Shown: positions 35,101 to 47,749, counted from the first letter of the stretch. The stretch: DNA of 64,000 nt from Curvularia clavata (GCA_023920165.1 CP089277.1:2728001-2792000), one strand, 5' to 3'. Made by a program: numbers and translations. Notes: generated by a model from the sequence alone, not told the origin.

Positions 35101-38014
35101 AGGCGCTGGTGCTTCCGCCGATGCTACATAGTCATGGCAACGTAGCAAAGCCCAAATGTCCAACCAATTCACCTCGTCCTGTAGCGCAGTCTGAATAACC
35201 AAGTACGCGTCGTGTATGAACTTCGGACTCGATTTGAAACCTTGGATATTCAGAGGCAGACCAAACACGATGCTCCATGCATTGAGCACAACGTGATATC
35301 CACTGTGATTCTTGTGCATCTGTTGGGGTCCAGCAATCCAGGGAATTGGCCCAGTAATGGAAAGTTCCTTGCGGAGCTGTTTGCGGATCTTACTTCGGGC
35401 GTCTTGGTTTGTAACGAGAGGCTTTGAGTCTATGACTGTGCAGGAACGGGCACCGTCTGCTGGGCCATGAACCATGACGCAGATCTCGTGGTCATCGCCT
35501 ACTTCGTAGATGAAAACTGAGATGGAATCTTCGTTGCGACCGATAGAGGAATGTACTGCAATTGTTGAATTTAGCGTTTTTGAGGCTTCCGTAGTGAAGC
35601 CAGCTCCAGGAGGGTGACGTAGGTTGACGGCTCGAACTACAGCTGCTATGCTGTCTCGGATGTCTTTCTTAGCCAACCTTGGTATCTCGGCTGCTTGTGG
35701 TGTTTTTTCCTTTGCGTGGTGATGAAATAACTCCTCCTGGCTAACAAAATCATCGAGATGCCCACAAGGATTGAAATTCTTCGGTACAGCAAGTGCATCT
35801 GATTCGGGGTTTTCAGTCAGGGACATATCCGGCGGTGAACCTGCACCAGAGGAAGATTCACTCCCTTCTGCAAGCCTTTCGAGCTTTTGCGTGAACTGCT
35901 GCACCGTATCTTGGAGCCTCCAATTTCCTGCTCGCACAAGTTGAGTAAGCATATCCCGCATCTCTTCAGTGAATGAATCCGCTGCAAAGGCCGCGCTGTG
36001 CAGAATTCCCTTTTCAAGATGCACTGGCAATTGCTCTGGATGTATGTTCTTTCTTGTAGATGCCTCATCTGCACGTGTTTGATCAGCAACAAGAGCTTCA
36101 AAAGAACGCTTGCGCTGGTCAAAGCGGCGGTTTGTCGCAGGCAAATAAGCATCATCGCTGTTCTTGTCTTCTACGGTAGCTGCTAGCTTCACGAATCCAG
36201 TGCAGCGCAAGAATGATAGAAGGACCTTCCATGTTAAAGAGTCGGTTAAGGCCAGATCGAAGATCCTCTCAGCCTTAATAAAGAAAGCTTCGTTGCCATG
36301 GTGACTGGGTGTAAATGTCGGATCAGGCTCTAGACCCAGGACCAAGGCCCACGCATTCAGAATTGTATATGTAAAAGTACCCTCCTGAGTGGGAGTCTGT
36401 GCGCATGGCATCCATTCGATGTCCTTGGGTAGGTGAGCTACCATTTCCTCGTGCGAGTCGAAGGTGTTGCGCAACCAGTCAGTTCTCATGAACCAGTTCC
36501 GCAAGTCGTTGTTGATCTTGTCACGGTGATTTCTTGCGCTTCTCCAGGTCCTGGGATAGAGAGCCCTAATTCTGATGCTGAAGTCTGGTTGGATCTGGCC
36601 TATGACTAGAAGATAGCGGCCACTGTCCGTGAGAGCAGTGACCAGTGTTCTTCCTGGTCTGAAAACAGTGTCTTTATGAACAAAACTGAACCCGGAATGC
36701 TCCGGTTGTCTATCGTTGATAGAGGCAATTACCCGGGGGATTATAGATGCGATCTTGTTGCTGGTGTGCCTTTTAAGACCATGTTGAACGTAGGCGCAAG
36801 GATCCTCTATCGGCTGCCCATCATCTGTGAATGCGTCGGAATATTCAATTTCCTCGGGGCGATGGCCCTCCATCGGCTCATCTCTCGAGACTTGGGGCTG
36901 TCTGGCTTGAACATGTACAACGTCTCGTTCGTCTCCATCTTCATGTTCGACACCATTCAAAAATGGCTCGATCGCTAACCATCTAACCGTCACATTATCG
37001 GCACTAACGTCACCATTCCGGTCGCGACGTTGTAGCTCGTCTTCAGTGACCTTCCTGGTAGTAACCGTATATTTTAAGCTTCCCTCGTGCCTGAAGAAAA
37101 ATGCTGGTTGAGAAAGCAACTCGATTACGGCGTAACCTTGCAGCGGACCAATATAGAAGGGCGTGGGCGAAGTAGCACCATTGTTTGTAAATGTGATGCC
37201 GTTGACGGTAACAGAAATCCCTTGTGGAAGCTCGATGAAATATCCCAGCGCAGGGTCTTCCTCGCCTGCTGATACGCGCCGGATAAAATCGATATGAGCA
37301 GCTTCACCATTGACGGTTCTAGCTAGGGGTTAACAAAGAACACAGACTTCAACTTGACCTTACTTACACTTGTAAACGTCGATCTTCGTCCAGAACTAGC
37401 ACCTCTTGGTTCTCTGCATTTGAGAGTATCACTACAGTATTGCCAGTGCCGGCCTCGAAGTCTTCCGTGAGTGCAGCAATGGTGTGGTGGCCATCCGGTT
37501 CATTTACACTTCGATCCTTGATGTTGTTGTAGAGGTTGCGCAATGCCGCGCTGGATTGATTTGCATCCCCTTCTTGTATATCTTTGCCCCCTTTTCTCAG
37601 ATAGAGTGGCGTCCTTATCTGAGCCTCTGGCAAAGCTGCTTGCACTGGCTGTAGCTCATCTGATTCTCTGTTGTACAATGCGTGGGCGAAGTCATCAATA
37701 TGTTTTTGGTCAGGAACATTACTTCGTTTCGCCTTGGGTATGGCCCAGTTGACTTCCAAGACATCACGTTGGTCATCTCCGGATTTTTTCTTTGGCTTTG
37801 ACTTTTTGGGAGTCTTCGGGGCTGCTGGAACCTTTGTCGGACTTGCTGGAGCTTGCGGATTTGATGCAGCCTTCTTCGGGGTTTGAATGACCACCCTTGG
37901 ACTGTTTTTGCCGGGGGGCTTCCCTTTGGTGACCTTTGAGCTTCTGGTGACCCTTGAACTGCTGGGGGCTGCCTTTCCCCCTTTCTTGTTGTTCTTTCCT
38001 CGTTTCGGGGCCAT
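32200..38014 (-). CDS. ~1921-aa protein with four tandem Ulp1/SENP-like (C48, CE clan) cysteine-protease repeats
   Basis: The 216-aa ORF and 1639-aa ORF join via a 49-nt intron 37367-37319 (GTAAGT...TTAAC...TAG), keeping frame. The repeat signature [H]..hhDS..QQxxxxCG.hhhLNAW.h.hGL...W..h..hLRC..V...P..RRF occurs four times with varying conservation. Confidence 0.8.
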
Positions 38015-39005
38015 TCTAGATCTGTTTGTCTCGTTTAATTGATTCTAGATTACTTGATACTTTGAAAAGACCTGGGCTTTGCAGCGACTATGGCAATTGA
38101 CTTCTTAGAAATGGCAGTTAGTCTGGCAATTCTCATAAGTTTTGCTTCCAATATATAGATACGTGTTGTGTTCTTTCATGTCTTTGTCCTCGTTGGTCGA
38201 GAGCACTAAAGTACGCCGGATTCGTAACTTTTCCAGATGCAGGTTGAAATTGGACAACAAAGAGAACATTGTCCAAGAGCCAAGCTAGCCACAGAAGCAA
38301 AGGCTACTACTGGTTGACTGTAGGGCGAAAGTATCGGGCATCGACGCAGTTAGAAGAAGCCAAAGATATCCTGCTCCGAAACGGACACGTTGTGAGATAC
38401 GGGATTGACTAATGAATTCCGACCGGACAGTGAGATTTTGTGCGACCCATTCCAACGTTGGGACAAACGCTGATAGCGAATAGGGCAACTTCAGTTAGTG
38501 TTTCGTTTTGTCGTACAAGTAAAAAAGTACGGAATAGTATGACAGCAGTAAGCGATTGCAAGAACAGAGAGAAAATGTGGTTGGGTAGTTGGTATCATTC
38601 ATTTTGCGCTGGTGTATGCGCACTGTCTATAGAGATATCGTAATTCTAAAAAGGTTCTGTATGGAAAGTATGATGCTGCCGGACCTGCTATCAATCGATG
38701 GTAAGTGCGGGAAGAAGATCGTACCGTTTCCAAGCGAGATGATCAACGGGGCATAGCAGATGGGTTTCTTTGGCAGAGGTAAGCACTGGTGTGCAGCCTT
38801 TCCTATGGAATACATCGCATGCATCCTAGGGCGAGGCTGGGTATGCAGCTATGCATGTTGGCACGCGTGGAAGCTACAGCTTGAACGTGGCTAAATTTGT
38901 GACTTCTTGTTGGTGTCCGTCCAATAGGGATCTTCTTCTGGTAGGAAGATCTGTTTGCTAGTAGTAACTTGGAGCCGACGTATTCGGGCGGCTCGCGTTC
39001 TGGAG

Positions 39006-40068
39006 TCACATAGCGGTGGGGTGGTGGGAATATCCGTTCATCATGTCCAGAAGCGCCGCATTGTTCATTTGATTGTATTGTCCAGAGTAGCGGTATCCTA
39101 TGCTGTGCTCTAGCTCGGTTCCAGGGTCTGATCGCGCCGTGCTCATGACGTTTGCGGTCTCGATGCATGAAGAGCGGTTGTAGTAATTATATGGGTCTTC
39201 AGGGTAGCCATAGTCGCGTGAGTGAGTCCATGAGCTAGTGTATGGTCGGTTGTAGGGATAGTCATAGGGCACGTCTTCTAACTTGATCTCAGTACCTGGG
39301 GGAGTCGATGGCGCAGCGTAGAAGTTTGTGGAGTAGGAAGGAGGCGGCGTACTTGTGGTCGAGACCATCGATCCAGGGCTGGGAGAATCATCACATCCAA
39401 AATCCGCAGAACGCGGAGGTAGGGTGTTGACAGACTGGGCTGGAGGTGTGTTTCGAGTGATTAAGGCGGGTCTTGTATGCGAAGCCACATATGAAGCTAT
39501 TGATGTGCTCGGATCTGGCTTGGTCTTTCCGTCAAGCATTGCACCCAGCCTGGATGCCGCAGAAGCTTGCTTGTTGTACTGGTCCGGTATGCTCTCCAAA
39601 GCGGCGGTGATCTCTGGTTCGGACACTCCCCGCTCACGCAGGATTGCCTTGAGCTTGCGGTTCTCCTCGAGTACTGTTCTTGCAGCAGTTTGAATCTCTG
39701 ACGAGGCTTCAATACCAATCTGCTCGTAAGTACGCAGCTTTGTCTCGAGCTCGTGCAGGTATTCTTTTCGCCGAGCGCGTGAACGTCCTGTTTCGAACAG
39801 TGTCAGCGTCAATCCTACTGTGCATATCTGACAGGCATCATCTCTGATTGACCAAGACACGTGATCTCCCGTGGACGAAGGAGAAGTAATGTTGAAAATG
39901 GACATAGAAGCTGTCGAAAAAGTGACAGTCTACAGAGAACAGTGACTACTTACGTTGATTGTCTCGAATACGAGCCAGGTGCTGCGCTTTCTGCTGCCGT
40001 AAGTCAGTGATGAACTGTCAGAGGGGCTGTGGGTGGGTACATACTGATAGCCGAGCAGAGTCACTCAT
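39006..40068 (-). CDS. bZIP transcription factor
   Basis: Three exons give MSDSARLS|QKAQHLARIRDNQR|RSRARRKEYLHELETKLR...ARTVLEENRKLKAIL. Canonical GTATGT/GTAAGT donors. Confidence 0.88.
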
Positions 40069-40720
40069 ATTGAGTCGATATAGAAGTGTTTTCGAGATGG
40101 TGAAGAGAGGTTGGCCTGATAGGCAGGATTGTTTGTGTGAGCATTCCGAGTAAGATGTGCTCAGGCATGATGGCATGCAGTCTTAAAGTAGAGTGCATAG
40201 GTACAGGCCGGCGGCCAGTACTCGAAGCACGGAGCAAGCATGACCCTGGCTAGCCGGGGGGGTTTGGAGCAGTGTACTCCATGCATGCGGGAACAGACGT
40301 CGGCGTCCAGCCATGGCTGCAAGCGTGGGGAGAGTCCAAGCGGGGGCCAGGGGTGGGAGGACAGTCCGTTCGTAACATTACGGAGGCACAGGCGGACGGT
40401 ATCGACTTGATCACCACGCGTGTGCCGGATGCGGCCTAGCGCCCTGCGGCTGCTTTAGCCCCCCCTTCTTCGCCCGTCCTGAGTCAGATCGGCGACTGTG
40501 CCCTTTTCAGCTTCAGCCTCGGAAATTGGCCAAATTTTGAGTTTTGTTGGTGCCTTGCGACACCACGTCGCAGCATCACCATCCGAGACCCTCTCACAAC
40601 CATCGCAGATACCGCTGTCCGTTGCTCTTCAAGAAGCACGCAGCTCGTACCGGCGCGTTCCGAAGACTGGGTAGCTGCAGTGGCGCACAAGCAGGGCACC
40701 CGTCGACCCCCATCGTCACC

Positions 40721-41581
40721 ATGGCTATTGGTCACCGAATAACCGCACCCTACGCTGGCCAGTTCGACCCCACGCGGTTTGTTACGTCTTGGGCCCTCCC
40801 ACCCAGCCTTCTGTTTGGCTATCGCGCACTGCTGGCCCTGTACGCCTTCACGACCTTGTTCACCATCTTCGGCTGGAATGGCACCCACGGCAGATCTGAG
40901 GAATCCCGCCACTCCTTCTCCTTTTTCACCAACTTGACGTATTGGGGCCTGGCTTTCTACTATGCCTTTTCTGCAGTCCATACTGCCAGCTACTGGCTTA
41001 CGGGCACCTCGTTCCTGGCGCGCTGGCCCAAGCCACTACAGGTTGCCCACAGCATGTTCTACTCCACAATTGTAGTTTACCCATGGATCGTTACTAGTAA
41101 GTCAAACTCACTTGGCGGCAACTCAACAAGCTAACGACTGATATCAGTTGTCTTCTGGGGTCTCCTTGCAGCTGACTTTCCTACGACATTCTCTGTCTGG
41201 TCCAACACGTCACAGCACGCTCTCAATTCGTTCTATGCGTTTTGCGAGATTGTCTTCCCTCGCACCAACAGACTGCCTTGGCTGGATCTTATTCCCATCA
41301 TTATCCTCTTGGCTCTCTACCTTGCGTTGGCCTACGTTACCCACGCCACCGAAGGCTTTTACGTTTACCCATTTCTGGACCTCCAAAAGCACTCCTCCGG
41401 TGTTGTTGGGGGTTACATTATCGGCATTCTGATCGCGGCAATCATCGTTTTCATCATCATCAGGTATCTTATCGCTCTACGTGTCTGGGTCACTGAGACG
41501 AAGCTCGGAATGAGAGGCAAATTCTCCCCACACGCACCGGCCAACGAAGACATTCCTCTACATCATAACGTTACAAAGTAA
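40721..41581 (+). CDS. FAR-17a/AIG1 (ADTRP-like) membrane protein
   Basis: SFFTNLTYWG, intron ~41097-41147, VFWGLL, SQHALNS, YVYPFLD; multiple TM segments. Confidence 0.82.
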
Positions 41582-44500
41582 CTCATAGCCACTTTTCTAC
41601 GTTCATCTGAATCTCAGCTTTATGAAAAGCCTAGTTGTATTGTTTCTTTACTAGTTTTGGTCAGCGCAACTGTACAATAGCCTATGACGTCCTCCACTGG
41701 ACCATCTCCCAGTTCTGTTCAGGCAGCCACCCCCGTATCCCTTAATAACAATAATTGAATCCACGCCGATAACATGACGTTATCGACAGAAACGATTTCT
41801 GCATTTTCAGGCACCTGCTTGGTCGTGTTCCTAAATTACTGCTTCTATCTCAAACCGTATGCCGTACCGCCATCCCACGTTCCACTGTCTCGGTAAACTG
41901 CAAAACATTTGTTTTTTGTTCTACAGCAGCTGGACGCCATCCTTTCCCGTTGGGCTTGGCTGGTTTTTAGAACGTGTGCTTTTGAATGGGGGCCATTGGT
42001 TGCAGTGCGCCTCAATCAAGTCATGAGGGACTTGTAACCCCACTGAATGCACCCCACAAGTGGATCACACGGGAGGTCGCCTATCAATGTCAAGATGGAT
42101 GCAACCGCAATGGGCGTCGAACATTGACAGGGCTGACGCTCTGTAACCAACAGGTTATGGTATACCTGAGACCCGGATATCCAATGAATTACACACGTGA
42201 GTAGGTGGCGCTCAACGATCGAGACATGAGTAAACGACTGTGAACCCTCTCTGCCAGCGCATGCACTGCCCACTTTGGAAGGTTGGCTTGGGGAACAGCC
42301 ACACAAATCTCTAATCTTGTCGTGTTTGCACTTGGTTACACTGACGTCTGTCGAGTGTATCACAAGCACAGGCAAGGTTCACGCTGATTCGTTGACGACA
42401 CACATTCGCAAAAAGACCCCTGTCTCTAGCGGCTGTCCTTGCTGAGGCTTCACGATACCGTCCCTCTGGGATGGTTAACCAGGGGTCACGTCAGCCGCGT
42501 TGCATCAAGCTGAGGCAAATTGCAGGGCTTAAAACACTGCCTTGTTCTTGGTTTACGGGATTATTCACACTGCCGTCGCACGCGATCGTTTCCTGTACGC
42601 TATCCCATTGCTACTGCTGAGCATGTGCTGTATACGCCGGACTACAGTAGCTACTGTAAGCCCTAGTTTAGCGCCGGCAAGTAGCTTTACTGCTGATTTG
42701 CCTTCGCGTGGCTACCAGGAGTCATTAGCACAGGGCTCTCGCATACCCTTACTCATTATGGTGTAGGTATGCTCGATCATCCCGCGCACGTTGCAATGTC
42801 AGTCTACAATTGGGTCCTCGATTCTTGACAGGGGCATCAGTCCACTGCGACTATCAGCCCACGATTGCTTTTTTACGTTGGTACCAAGTTAGTGGATATC
42901 GTGGGCCTTGTTTAGCCTGTCGATCATTGACAGGTGCTGGACACTTTGCCAGTAGTGAGGCAGTGTCATGTGCCCTTCATACCATCGTCTGAGCGGGAGC
43001 ATATACGTCGTATGGACAGTTATCAAGACATTTTTCCAGTCAACTTTTTGCATGTACGCGCATGATTGCTAAATTTTGTGTCAGCACTCGAAAAGCGCCG
43101 AGCGTATCATCTTCGCTACAATGTCCAGAAGAGTATTTGTTTTCCGGCTCTCGGAACCGCCCGGGACTTCATTCTGACTGCAGCGGTCTAGCTTTTCTCG
43201 AAGCGATCCTCGAAGTTCCCAGCACAATGGAGACGGAAGATAGCCTGGCTTTCTCGAAACGTCGGAAACCATGCTGATCATATGCAAAGTTTGGACATGA
43301 CTCTATTGCTTGCGCTACACGATCCTGCATTTCAACATGTAACATGGACGGCATTGCATCGTTCAGATCGCACGGTAGTTGCGATGATGGATTACTGTGC
43401 CTATATGTGCCACTGAAAATTGGTTCTGAATATGATCCAGTTTTGCGCATGCTGGGATTCTGAGCCATGTGCGGGAGGGTGCCACGTCTCAACAATATGC
43501 TCAGAGCAAATGAGGCGTACTTGAAGGCGGTTAGCAAATCAGCCCAATTGACAAGGCCCCTGGATACCCAATACTCAAGATGTTGGAGGTGTGGGACCCT
43601 TGCCAGTTTCTTCAAAATGCCCACACACTCTATGTCGAGCCATACTTGAGTGTCCTTTTTTTTCGTGTTATTGCAAACCTCATACTTAACTAATCTATCG
43701 GCCCTAGCAAGCTTCTAATTGCTAGCAGTGTCAGCGTACCACTGTTTGTTATTCCGTGAATTACACCGCCACTAGCGATACCGTCCCGCGCCCAAAGGGA
43801 GGCAGCCGCTAATCTCACGTCACTAGGAAGACTTGAGGAAGGGCTTGACGTAGCGTGGATCGAATTAGAGACACCGGTCATTCGATCAAGGCTAAGACCG
43901 TTTTCCGCCAGGGAGAATGTTCCGGCCTCCCTTTCGCAAAGACCCTTGAGAGGTCGATTAAGCTTTCGAACAGCTAAGCGAAATCATGGGCAAACAGTGG
44001 GAGTCAGCAACCAGCAGGGCGAGTGTAAACCCATACAGCCCTGTCAGTACGCTTCGTGCAAGAGCTGGCTCGTTCGAGTAGTATTGCTTTAGCGAATTGG
44101 TATTCCTACAAACATGTCGCATATGAAGCCTGCGCCATCAAATATTAATCCTATCGCCTGGATGTATATGTTCACACGGCTAAGAGCGTGGGATTTACCG
44201 ATTATGGTGGGCATGATGCAGTGTGTGGCTTGCATTGCAAAGCCTCGACTGCCCCCATGCTAATCAATAAAACTGCGCAAATTCCTTCGCACGTGAAGGG
44301 TGGTTGTTTGCTAATGGACGCGTGCTACACACGCATTAGGTGGGTAGTGGCATATGATGGCAAAGGAACGGTCCGATTGTTTCACTTCGCTTGGGCCACC
44401 GCCACCGCCTCCGATCAGAGGAATAACAGATTCGTGCCATTTACCGACATCATCGGGAGTTCCCAGGGCTAGTCCAAGGGGTTTCTGGCCCCCAGGACGA

Positions 44501-44704
44501 AGAGAGCCTCGTACCCCTAGGGCTGAGGTTTTGCAGACAAGCAACTCCGAAGAGGAAAATAGCCGAGGTACAGGGAAACTGGTAGCGAACCTCTCCCTCC
44601 ATCACAGAGTACCTTCGTACGCGTGACACTCACCATTTGCAAAACCCCAAGATTCGTCGTTGCCACTATTCAGAAAGCCTTTCGGAGCAAAGAGATCCGG
44701 GACC

Positions 44705-46128
44705 ATGATAGAAGTCGTTTACATTGTCCGGCATGCAGTACGTATGAAGTTTGGTGTCTTTCTTTTAGCATCCGTCTTGGGGCCATGGTTGCGTCAAACG
44801 CGCCCACGGGCCATTTGAGGGTGTGCTTTGTTTTCTGGAGTTCCTTCCGAACGCCTGGTTTGTCCATGCATCATCCTTTCTCATCCCGCTTCTTTTAACT
44901 TTCGCACGTATCACATGGTGTTACCTTTCAGCCCAATGCTTTCTTTGCCCCAGCTTTGCGCCTTACCATCGCTTTCTCTCTCCGCGTAAATTCTGAACCC
45001 TTTTATTTTCCTTTTTTTCCTAATGAAAATGGTTTCTGACGGTGTATTTGCGGTTGTTCTAGTTCCGGGCAAATTGGTCGGTCGACCCTAAAACGGGTAT
45101 CTACACCGCGTCTATGGCACGGACGCCAACCGGTATACCCACCGATCCGCCTCTGACTGCCAAGGGCGTGGAGCAGAGCAGAGAACTGGCAGAGTACCTC
45201 GCTAGAGTTGAACCGCCGATTGACAGGATCTATTCCAGTCCTTTCTATCGGTGCTTACAAACGTTAAAGCCATTTAGCGATACGTACTTTAATGAGGGCA
45301 AGACAAGGGGAGAGATTAGAGTTGACCGTGGGATAGGGTATGTGTTACTACAACTTCCCAGGGGAAAAACGAGACGTCAGTCCAAGTTCACTAATGCGTT
45401 TCTTGTTTTCACACAAACAGCGAATTCTTTGGACGTGCCCACTTCGAGCATCCCACGCCACCTAGTCTGGAACTCCTGACACCGCACTTCCAGAATCTGG
45501 ACAGCGACTATGTATCCGTGCACATGGCTGGCGCGAATGGCGAGTCGATAGTAGAGTTGCACCAACGCGTCAGGAATGCGCTAGATCACATTATCACGAC
45601 TCTGGACAACGACCCTGAACAGCCTAAAAGCGTTTTACTATGCACCCACGCGGCGACAATGATTGCGGCCGGCAGAGTACTGACTGGTCAAATGCCGGAG
45701 AATCCCGATGAAGATGACTTCAAGTGCTACACGGCCGGCTTATCCAGGTTCCGTCGGAGGTCGACTGATCCCAAAAAGGGTGTCGCGGGCAACTGGGAGT
45801 GTGAGCTGAATTCGGAGACGTCGTATCTGTCTGGTGGAGCAGAGCGCGGCTGGTGAGTGGATCTCTTCTGTTTAGTTCTGATGCGGTTTGCGGAATATCG
45901 TATGATTTGAACACTTCTCATACGGGAAGATATGGTTTTTGCGCGGGCCTGTCTGCTTTTCGGAGTATATTTTCAAATCTTTCTAGGTGTTCAGTTCAAC
46001 AAGTGCCACTGACGATTGTTGACATTCGAGTCACTAACACTGGTGTCACTAGGCATTTCGATGGTGAGGAGAGCTTTGTGGATTTCTCGGATACGGGTAT
46101 GGCAGGTGAAGGAGGATCGAAGCTATAA
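44705..46128 (+). CDS. TFC7: Histidine-phosphatase/phosphoglycerate-mutase family protein, TFIIIC tau55 (Tfc7)-like
   Basis: Four exons (introns 44738-45062, 45338-45420, 45853-46052): MIEVVYIVRHA|FRANW...DPPLTAKGVEQS...IYSSPFYRCLQT...G|EFF...GES...LLCTHAA...YLSGGAERGW|HFDGEESF...SKL*. Confidence 0.8.
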
Positions 46129-47137
46129 GAAGTAGACAAAGGAGGTGTTTCGGTAGTCTTACAACATATTTTTCATGGCAGAACTATTGCGAATAGAAAC
46201 ATAAGCTACGGCACATTTGATGAACATGCCAATCTCCTCTGCAAGATACAATAGAGAAACATCTTGAAAACTTACGACTTGTTCATATTGTTGTACAAAG
46301 TTGCATAAACTATCGTCGTTTAGATCTGTAAGATATACCCGGGTTCTGTATTTGACTTGTTAAGTCTTCATCAAAACAGCACATATATATATAAGGAAAC
46401 CATCTGTATAACCAAACCCGATATATTCAACCCCCATTATGCATGCAAACCCCCCACCGCAACTTGTATTCCCAAGTGGCTCGGCTTGATAATCCGAGTT
46501 CTATCCAATGGCAGCCATTTCAGACCGTGAGACGGCAACGTGCAATGTTGTGGGTTTGAAATCGACGTTGCCGCGCGTCTGACCTGAGCCAATGTTGGCT
46601 GATTTGGCGCCGATTGCATCATGTAGACACAGAGGACTATGATTGGGGAGTTTGTAGACACAGAGGAGAGAGATCGTATAGTAGGGGCGACTCGGTGGTT
46701 CATTGGTGGGGGTATCGGTGGAGAAGAGGGGTATGAAAGACACATCGAAGATAGTAGTCTTGGTACTCTTATTGTTCTGTGCTGTAATGTATTCTCGTTA
46801 TCTAGGTATTCTAGTGGTATCCCTTCGCCACATGATCTTAGCCCAGCACTGTCTCGTGCACTGTCTTATCGGACCTTCCCTTTGCTCTACAACCACTTCC
46901 TCGGTCACTTTGGTCATCCTCGTCAAATACAGCGTTCTGAATATACCACGACTGGACGGAACCCGGGCCGAGAGGAAGAACAGCAACGCGTGATGCTTGC
47001 CATCGCTTTGTTGACGACTCGAGGCAAACAGACCTCGGCTCCATCATCCGGGTTGTCTCATCAACGGTCGCATCGTGTAGTCCCGGGTATCAAGTACTGC
47101 TGCCGCTCACAAGCCAGCACACCATGTCAGCAATCCC

Positions 47138-47635
47138 TCAATCCTTCTTTTCCTCTTCTGTCTTGGTGTCTGCAGCTACTTCCTTATCCCCGTCAAGATG
47201 CATACTCTCCGCAAATCCTACCCACTCCTTCAACCCCCTGACGAACATGTCCTGCCCAGCATCAACTTCTCCACCATGTCCCCAGACTACAACTTCGTCA
47301 AATTCGCCTATTTTTTCTGCAATCTTGACTTCTACCGGTATGCTTTCGCCCTCTTCATCCTCCATAGTCTCATCGCCATCTGGTTGCGCTTGTGCTCTCG
47401 ACTGTGGCAGTTGCTTGTCGGTAACTGTGAGGATGGCGCCGGTATAGTTTTCGGGGAGAGGGAGCACAGTGCCGTGGAGATGTCGTCCGCGGAAATAAGC
47501 ATGCTTTGTGCCGTTCTCGTCGATAGTGGGCTTCCAGTACTGAGATGTGGAGGGTACAGGCCCATTGTGATTTATGCGTGCGGGGAGAAGATTTGGCGTG
47601 CATTTTTGGGGTTTGGAGGGTTGTATGGAAAGCAT
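47138..47635 (-). CDS. RNH203: Ribonuclease H2 subunit C
   Basis: NLLPARINHNGP, AYFRGRHLHG, LPENYTG, EFDEVVVWGH, RGLKEWVGFAESMH. Confidence 0.92.
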   Translation of the reverse strand: MLSIQPSKPQKCTPNLLPARINHNGPVPSTSQYWKPTIDENGTKHAYFRGRHLHGTVLPLPENYTGAILTVTDKQLPQSRAQAQPDGDETMEDEEGESIPVEVKIAEKIGEFDEVVVWGHGGEVDAGQDMFVRGLKEWVGFAESMHLDGDKEVAADTKTEEEKKD

Positions 47636-47749
47636 CTTGAGTTTAGACTAGGGTTTGGCTGCAGGTGTGAGGCGTTCCGTTTGGCAATGTCTGATTGTCT
47701 CAATCGGTGATCTGGTGGTGATTTGGTTGGAAGTGTGTGACCGCGGAGC

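Noticed and set aside
26940..38300. Starship or other giant transposon
   Set aside because: No DUF3435 tyrosine recombinase or terminal repeats are visible in the window.
41600..44650. Telomerase RNA candidate, based on gap size
   Set aside because: No TAACCCTAA/TTAGGG-type template was found on either strand by eye.
44738..45062. Intronic snoRNA or stwintron in the long TFC7-like intron 1
   Set aside because: No convincing C/D (RTGATGA...CTGA) or H/ACA layout; the internal GTATGA...TTTTAG is too short for a nested intron.
46639..47241. 200-aa + strand ORF, and an SRP-RNA-like GCTGTAATG at 46781
   Set aside because: The ORF has no motifs and overlaps RNH203 antisense. The SRP match stops after 9 nt and no convincing helix 8 was found.
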